18,290 nucleotides of DNA from Octopus sinensis (taxonomy: Eukaryota). Within the stretch, counting starts at the first letter, position 1. Each line of letters begins with the position of its first letter. The notes beneath the pieces were generated by a model. That model saw only the letters and a list, made by a program, of their open reading frames with translations, did not search any database and was not told the origin of the DNA. Shown in pieces: positions 11,385-18,290 of the stretch. The stretch is from the NCBI RefSeq assembly GCF_006345805.1, contig NW_021824533.1, positions 1-18,290 on the forward strand. The letters are read 5' to 3'. Both the position numbers and the translations under genes were made by a program.

Positions 11385-11546
11385 TTTAGAATTCTGTCTG
11401 TCTCTTCAGATCTCTCCCTAACGTTTCTCTGTCTGTCTCTTCGGTGCTCTCCCTTGCGCTTCTCTGTCTGTCTCAGCTCTCCTCTCTCAGCTCTCAATCT
11501 CTCTCTGAGGGCATAGAGGCTTTCTCTATCTTCCTTCAGCACTCAG

Positions 11547-11851
11547 TATCTCCTCTTCCTCTTCTCTCTTGCTCTCTTCTCTTGGCTCCCAATCTCTCCT
11601 TAAGTGCATGGACGCTCTCTTTCTCTATTACCCCCCTACCCCCCTATTGCACTATTGGATTAATATAACTTAATATAATTAGATAGATAGATAGATAGAC
11701 AAAATATCTCTCCTCTTCCTCTTCTCTCTTGCTCTCTTCTCTTGGCTCCCAATCTCTCCTTAAGTACATAGACGCTCTCTTTCTCTATTACCCCCTACCC
11801 CCCTATTGCACTATTGGATTAATATAACTTAACATAATTAGATAGATAGAT
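11547..11851 (+). repeat. Tandem duplication with a 160-bp period in the LINE 5' UTR
   Basis: TCCTCTTCC starts at 11551 and 11711. The units differ by three substitutions and one indel, and each ends in (AGAT)n. Confidence 0.95.
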
Positions 11852-11863
11852 AATATATCAAGA

Positions 11864-12720
11864 ATGTCCAGAGCTTGGAAACGTGATGAACTGGCGTGGT
11901 TCCTGCGAGGATGGCAATGCGCTGACGGAGAAAGTCCAAGTAACATAATTGCGGCAGCACTAAGGAACAAAGGATTCAAAAGGACGTCAGCACAAATAGA
12001 GCGGAAGAGGCAAGAGTTCGTACGCTCATACGCACTTGTCAGATCGCACATAAACACACTGGATGCCATTTTAACAGCGAAAACGCGAACAAAGTAAAGA
12101 TGGCAAGGATGGAGACGCGGGCGCAGATGAGGAGGTCACCCCCACCTGGTGGACGCCAGGAAGAAAACTCCAGCGAGAGGCCTGCCCGGGAGGTGAACCC
12201 AGGTACGGATGCTCCTACCGGCACCAAAGCCATGGACATGGAGATGAAGAGGCCAAAAAAAGAGGAAAAACTGAAGCTAAAACTCAGACAAAGCCAAGGG
12301 GCAAGGCAGCCAGGGATAGAGGCAAACCTAACTGTCCATATGCAAAAAGGATGGAAACAAGCAGCGCACACGGGTATGTAGGTTCTACCTGAAAGGTGCC
12401 TGCCGCATGGAGAGGAAGGTGCAGGCTGCCGCTTTGCACATCCGGGACCCTGCCACAGAAACCAACCGAAAGGAAATGGGATGGACCACGCATCACCGGC
12501 CCAAAACGGAGGTACGCAGATGTGGTGCGTACCACAAACACCAACGTGTTGTTGAAAGGGCAGCTGCTGAGCAGGAATCTTTTTTGTGCATGGCACAAAA
12601 GATTGTACAGCAGCTACCTGGCTCCATCCAGGCTCAGGCTCGCAGATGGAACTGCCCACGGTTCACAAGACCGCCACAGCAGATGGACCCAGGGTGGACA
12701 CCACCGGCAACACATACACC
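11864..12720 (+). pseudogene. LINE ORF1 (frameshifted): Myb/SANT-like trihelix motif plus CCCH zinc finger
   Basis: WKRDELAWFL...IIAAALRNKGFKRTSAQIERKRQEFVRSY, followed by CRFYLKGAC(R)HGEEGAGCRFAH at 12377-12441, which needs +1 base. Confidence 0.65.
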
Positions 12721-12728
12721 TCACCTCG

Positions 12729-15659
12729 ATGCTCCTACTGAACATCAGAGGACTACTAACACACAGTAACATGACAAAAGTCCCGTTCCTGAGAGACTTT
12801 GTCGCATGCAATCAAGCCTTATGCATAGCACTCACAGAAACGCATCTGAAACCGGACATAGCAGATGCGGAATTACACATACCACAGTATGTTGTACTAC
12901 GACCGACAGGAAAGAAAGAAGTCATGAGGAGTTCTATGTACATCCGGGCACCTCACACCCCAGGTCCTTTTGTCATACTCAACTCGGTGTGTGACACCTA
13001 ATTGTACACATAAGGCAACTTGATGTAGTGTGTGTGCTACTATCGCCCTCCAGATGCCCCAAGTCATATGGGCAAGTTTGGAACTGCCTTTTAAAAATAA
13101 AGAAGTTCTAACCACATTAGAACACCACATAAGTGTACTTCTCATGGGAGACTTCAATCTACCGAATGTCAGATGGCCCGAGGGCCTTTCTCTCCCAGGA
13201 ATGACAAGATGTGAACGAGGACAGGCGAGGTCCCTCCTGAACCTCACCATCACCCTGTACATGGAGCAAGTAATACTCCAACCAACCAGAGCGGGTAACA
13301 CACTGGATCTCTGCTTCACAAATAATATGGATCTCATCCATAATGTGAAAGTGACACCGACACTACTCTCGGATCACAACATGGTAGAGCTGACCATGTA
13401 CGGGCCAAAAGAGAGCACGGACATGCAGCCTACAAGAAACCCTCAGAATCTTTCCAGCTTGAACTTCAATAAGGCAAACTGGAAACAAATTGAGAAAGAG
13501 ATCCTCAAACAAAACTGGCCTGAATGTCTCTCCTCGCCGACATCGACATGATACTTCAACAATTCATGTCTGTAATGCAAGCCATATGCTACAAATGTGT
13601 CCCAGAGAGAATGCCACTGTACACAAGAACAAAATCCCCAGAGAGAGAAAATTTTAATGAGACGGCGTACAAAATCTCAAATCGCCTAAACAAACAAATT
13701 GAAAGCAGTGAAAGTCCCGCCTGAAATAAAACTGTTGGAAATTGAAAATTGTCTGCAACTCTCCATGAGAAGGAAAGAGCAGACAAAGAAGCCTGGGCTA
13801 TAGACCAACATAAACCTAACCCCAGAGCTTTCTACAGGTATGCCAAAGAAACAGCTACGGTGCACTGTAGGATAGGGCCCTCCCTTGAAAAGGATGGCAC
13901 ACTCACAGGAAAACCAATGAGGGTAAGTGAAATACTGAATGAACAATTCAAAGTGTTTTTCACTCCACGCCTTGGGCATTTCCAATCAGCAATCCAACTG
14001 ACTTCTTTACCACTGCAGATATAAAATCAGAGGCGGAGACGTTAAATTACATCGATATAAAGGAAGACGATGTAATAAGGCTATAGATGAAATTAAATAG
14101 ACTCAGCTATTGGCCCCGATGGATTCCCGGCAATCCTCCTAAAAGTATGTAAGAGAGTCTTAGCAAGACCACTGCAGTTCCTCTTTCAGAGCTTCCTTGC
14201 AGCTGGCAAACTTCCAGAAAACTGAAGGAAGGTAAAATATGCCCTATTCATAAAGGAGGTAGCAGAGCGGAGGCCAAGAACTACAGACCTATCTCTCTGA
14301 CCTCACGCATCAGCAAGGTCATGGAACGAATAGTCAGAAGGAAACTAATCACCTTCCTTGAAGAAAATGACTTGCTGCCTGACACCCAACATGGTTTCCG
14401 ACCAGGAAGAAGCTGCTTAACTCAGCTCCTGCAGCACTATGACTGGGTGCTGAAACAACTGCTCAACTGCTCAACCATAAATGTGGAAGTCATATATCTC
14501 GACTTCGCAAAGGCCTTCGATAAAGTCGATCATGAATGATATGTCACAAACTGCGTGATCTTGCATAGTTGGAAAACTAGGAGAATGGCTTCACGACTTT
14601 CTGAAGAATAGAAGTCAGGTGGTAGTAGCCAATGGGGCCACTTCCATTAGCACGCAAATAGTGAGCGGTGTTCCACAGGGCACTGTTTTTCTGACCACTA
14701 CTGTTCATAATGGCCCTCTCAGACATGCCCTCAGCCACGCGGAGAGCCACGATCACAAGTTATGCAGATGATACAAAAGTTTCACAGGCATACAGAACCC
14801 TGAAGACACTAGGCACCTGCAATATGAGCTGGACGAATATACAAGTGGGCTGAAAAAATAGCATGCAGTTCAATGCTGAAAAGTTCCAAGCTTTATACTA
14901 TCAGCATGCAAAACTGAATGCAATACCCAAGGAATACACTGGACCCGGAGGGATTGCAATCCCAGAGGCACAATCAGTGCGTGAACTGGGTATTCACATG
15001 AGTGATGACGCGACCTTTCATGTACATGTTGCTAAACTGACAATGAAATGCAGACGGCTGGCTAGATTCTTAGAACCTTTAGAACAAGAGAACAAGAAAC
15101 CATGATGGTCCTCTGGAAGACACTTGTCCTAAGTCACTTTGACTATTGCTCTCAGCTATGGTCACCATCCAGTGTCAAGTTGATCACAGAACTTGAGGCG
15201 ATCCAACGAAGCTACACGAAGAAGATAGCCTCTATGCAGAATGTAGCTACTGGGAAAGACTCAAGAGATTAAATTATATTCCCTGGAGCGTAGGCGGGAA
15301 AGATATGCCATAATATACATCTGGAAGATCCTGGAGGGAAGTGTCCTGAACTTTGCATCGAGAGTTACGCAAACGCCAGAACTGGGCGCCACTGCGTGGT
15401 GCCTAGGACTCCAACTTGCCATCAAGATGTAGGACAAGATTCTGTGATAACCTGGGCTTCCGAGGCCCACAGCTCTTCAATATCCTCCCGATGACCTGAG
15501 GACCTGCATGGGGTGGATACAGATGTCTTTAAAATGGAGCTGGATCTCTTCCTGTCAGGTGTCCCAGATGAACCAACTTCACGGCAGGAGGGGCAGATGA
15601 GGGCAGCTGCATCGAACTCTCTCATGCACCAAATAGCAGTTGCTAGAAAGCCTCCATGA
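12729..15659 (+). pseudogene. LINE ORF2 (frameshifted): apurinic-like endonuclease plus reverse transcriptase
   Basis: APE motifs LNIRGL, LTETHL (12831), MGDFNLP (13144) and SDHN (13369). RT motifs NYRPISLTS, QHGFRPGRSCLTQLL, YLDFAKAFDKVDH, SGVPQGT and YADD (14761). Stop TGA at 15657-15659. Confidence 0.92.
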
Positions 15660-16041
15660 AGTGAAACCAAGTAGCAACACCAAATGGCGGTGCCCCAGCA
15701 TGGCCACAGCTCATAAGCTGAAACTGGAATCAATCAATCAATCAATCAATCATATATATATATTAATATATATATACATATATATACATATATATATATT
15801 ATACACCATATATATATACATATATATATATATATATTATAAGGTATGTAGAAAAATTACAACATTACAATACGTATAACTCTTAGAATACGACACAATA
15901 AACATGGACAGGATACCCCTCAGTCTTCATTCAAGAACCGGATCATCGTAGTATTTTCGGCTGATAATCTTATACTATATCACGGCAGCCCTCAAGAAAA
16001 CTATCACGAGCATACACACACCACCCACATATATATATATA

Positions 16042-16075
<34 letters not shown>

Positions 16076-16709
16076 ATGTATATAAGTATGTTATCATGCA
16101 TATATAGTTTACGACAACTTAATACTGAAAATCATATTCATTAGTTCTTGCCTTTCCTCAGTTCCTATCTCTGCTTCCCCTTACTCTTACCATTCCACCA
16201 CTGCTGCTACAACGTGAAGGGCATTTATTATTAGTGATGAACGGTTTCGTACTCCTGGGAGTATAGATCCAATTAGGGTTTGTAAATAAATCTACAGCAA
16301 ATTTTCCTTGCAATATTTCCTTTCAACTTTCAAGATATTTTCAACGTTATGATTTCTTAATTAGCCGTCTATCGTTTGGCAAGTAGCACAAAGCCTCTCT
16401 AGTGCGATTCAACATCAAATTTGATAGCTGTACGTATTTTGATTATTAGTCTACTAACACTAATAACCAACAGCAAAGACATGTTCGGAAAAATTGTAGG
16501 AAGTATAACTAATAACTTGCAATAATTATGGATATGTATTCAAACTGCAACATAAATGCACAGACGTACACATATGCATATATATGTGTGCGCATGTTTG
16601 TGTTTGTACCTGTGTGTCAGTATATCTACGTGTGAGTATATATATATATATATTGTATATGTATACATATATATATATTCTTACTCATACATATATACAC
16701 ATATAGATA

Positions 16710-16761
<52 letters not shown>

Positions 16762-17089
16762 TATATATATGGAGACACTCACACAACATAAGCAGATATT
16801 CAAGTTCACAGTCGCATACACAGGTAATTACGTACATAAGGACATTTGCACTTGGTGTAAACTCGCAACAGAAGCATTCATTTCATAGATGAATCCATCC
16901 GAATTTTGTTAACGCAAATTACTTAAAGATAGGAGCATGGAATCATTATAAAGGTTAATGTTGTAAAGGAATATAGTCAAATAAATTAGACTACACATAC
17001 AAAAATTCTTATCATCCGAACAGTTAACGAATCTAGAAGTAAGAAACTACGATAAACTGAACATTAAAAATGATGAAATATTCCTGTCA

Positions 17090-17400
17090 AATGAGAAAGC
17101 TGTTTGCAATAATAAAACAATAAATAAAGCTCTTATGTAAATCTGCAGTTAACGAAGAATAGGGCAATAATGCAAATGTATTTGAGTTTGGAAGCATAAC
17201 ATTAATAAGATATATGCAAACATTTGCATACTAAAGATATAAGGCTGCTCTCTGAAGTTTCTCGAGAGTATTTATGTCTTGATATTTCGTCTAACATTAT
17301 GAAAAGAAATACATGACAATGTGGTAGTTTGGTCAGATAGTAAAGCACTTTACTCTTTTTGAAAAGTACTCCAGGCGTCACTGTGTTGTTACAAGAAGAG
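17090..17400 (+). pseudogene. Decayed BACK-domain-like segment (BTB-BACK-kelch family), copy D
   Basis: NVFE at 17175-17186. With one added base it continues WKHNINKIYANICILKDIRLLSEVSREYLCLDISSNIMKRNT*QCGSLV, paralleling VFEAV..WVKHD...L..VRL...S..YL(15 aa)C..LV of KLHL proteins. Confidence 0.5.
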
Positions 17401-17404
17401 GCTG

Positions 17405-17680
17405 CTTCCGGGTTTGGTCCCACTGCATGGCACATTGGGCAAGCATCTTTTACTACAGCGTCGGGTTGACCAAAGTCATGTGAGCGGAATGGGTAGACGG
17501 AAACTGAAAGAAGCATATTGTGTGTGTCTGTGTGTATGTGTGTGTGCGTGCATGAGTGTGCGTGTGTGTGTGTGTCTTTTTGCCTGTGCTTGTTTCAGCG
17601 CTCCCGCTTCACAACAGGTAACTCAGCAGTTCAGTATTAGAGAACGATAGAATAAGCACCAGATTAAAACAACTAGTTGC
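17405..17680 (+). mobile_element. Diverged, 5'-truncated copy of the CORE-like SINE
   Basis: TTCCGGGTT..GTCCCAC, TGGGCAAG, GGTAGACGGAAACTGAAAGAA, (TG)n and GATAGAATAAG are all colinear with 4771-5155. Confidence 0.78.
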
Positions 17681-18189
17681 TCTACTAGATTGTTACAAGA
17701 ATGATATAATAAACGAGAAAAGACTGTAACATAGAAAGGACGAGCGAAAGTGAGAGAGAGAGAGGGGAGAGAGAAAGAGAGAGAGAAGGTGGGAGTGGTA
17801 AAAAGTAGATGAAGAAATTAGAGACAGAAACGGGCTTGTAGAATATTTTGTATATTCGATACGCCTGTTGTGCACTAGGCACCTTCTATATTCATATATA
17901 TATGTGTGCGTGAATTTCTCTATCTCTATAAGTGTGGTTATACTGAAGTGTTTTGTTTTCAGGACCACGGGTTTAAAAGATCTTCACTGTCGTTAAATGC
18001 TAGTATTAATAGTTATCTTTCTTATTCAGATTCGTCACAAATACGTATGTTATTTTCCATGAATTCTTTTATTCATTTCACGTATTTAATTTGTGTTTTC
18101 GATCTTGGTCTCTCAATATCTAAAAGAGTTGACTCTGTAGAATCTTTCAATTTCTCTACTTCACGTTTTCTCGTGGTGTGTGCGTGCAC

Positions 18190-18193
18190 ATAG

Positions 18194-18290
<97 letters not shown>
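18190..18290. repeat. (TA)n microsatellite
   Basis: Direct array running to the window edge. Confidence 0.95.

Larger units (their letters stand above)
11385..15751 (+). mobile_element. Apparently full-length APE-RT non-LTR retrotransposon (CR1-like or Proto2-like; clade unresolved)
   Basis: CT-rich 5' UTR, ORF1, ORF2 with endonuclease and RT motifs in order, a short 3' UTR and an (AATC)6 tail at 15728-15751. No target-site duplication seen. Confidence 0.92.

Noticed and set aside
910-11516. Many listed ORFs rich in YI, VC, poly-L, poly-N, poly-Y, poly-S or poly-T
   Set aside because: They are translations of stop-free microsatellites, often open on both strands, with no domain content.
11547-11851. 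CRISPR-like array
   Set aside because: Two adjacent 160-bp units without spacers in eukaryote-type DNA, and no cas genes.
12039-15733. Minus-strand ORFs within the LINE as an antisense gene
   Set aside because: They are shadow frames of a GC-balanced coding sequence, with no recognisable motifs.
15954-15996. Hammerhead-ribozyme-like GGCTG...CAGCC-GAAA on the minus strand
   Set aside because: The required CUGANGA core reads CUUGAG and I see no flanking stems. At most it is a dead Penelope-type remnant.
17906-18193. 95-aa ORF near the right end
   Set aside because: No motif, no start context, and the antisense frame is also nearly open; unsupported.

Overview
AT-rich, microsatellite-dense animal genomic DNA. 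The SINE types and repeat landscape look like an octopod cephalopod, but that is my recollection, not a search result. I see no intact host gene, RNA gene or CRISPR array, and most listed ORFs are translated microsatellites. The main feature is an apparently full-length APE-RT LINE (about 11385-15751, +). Its ORF1 carries a Myb/SANT-like helix motif plus a CCCH finger. Most frameshifts I checked are 1-bp homopolymer deletions, and its 3' UTR matches the 3' tail of a SINE in the same window. A roughly 1-kb near-perfect palindrome abuts the LINE 5' end. Also present are tRNA-derived SINEs, two inverted Helentron-like non-autonomous elements, an internally deleted Tc1/mariner, an RTE remnant and four decayed copies of a module resembling the BACK domain of BTB-kelch proteins.
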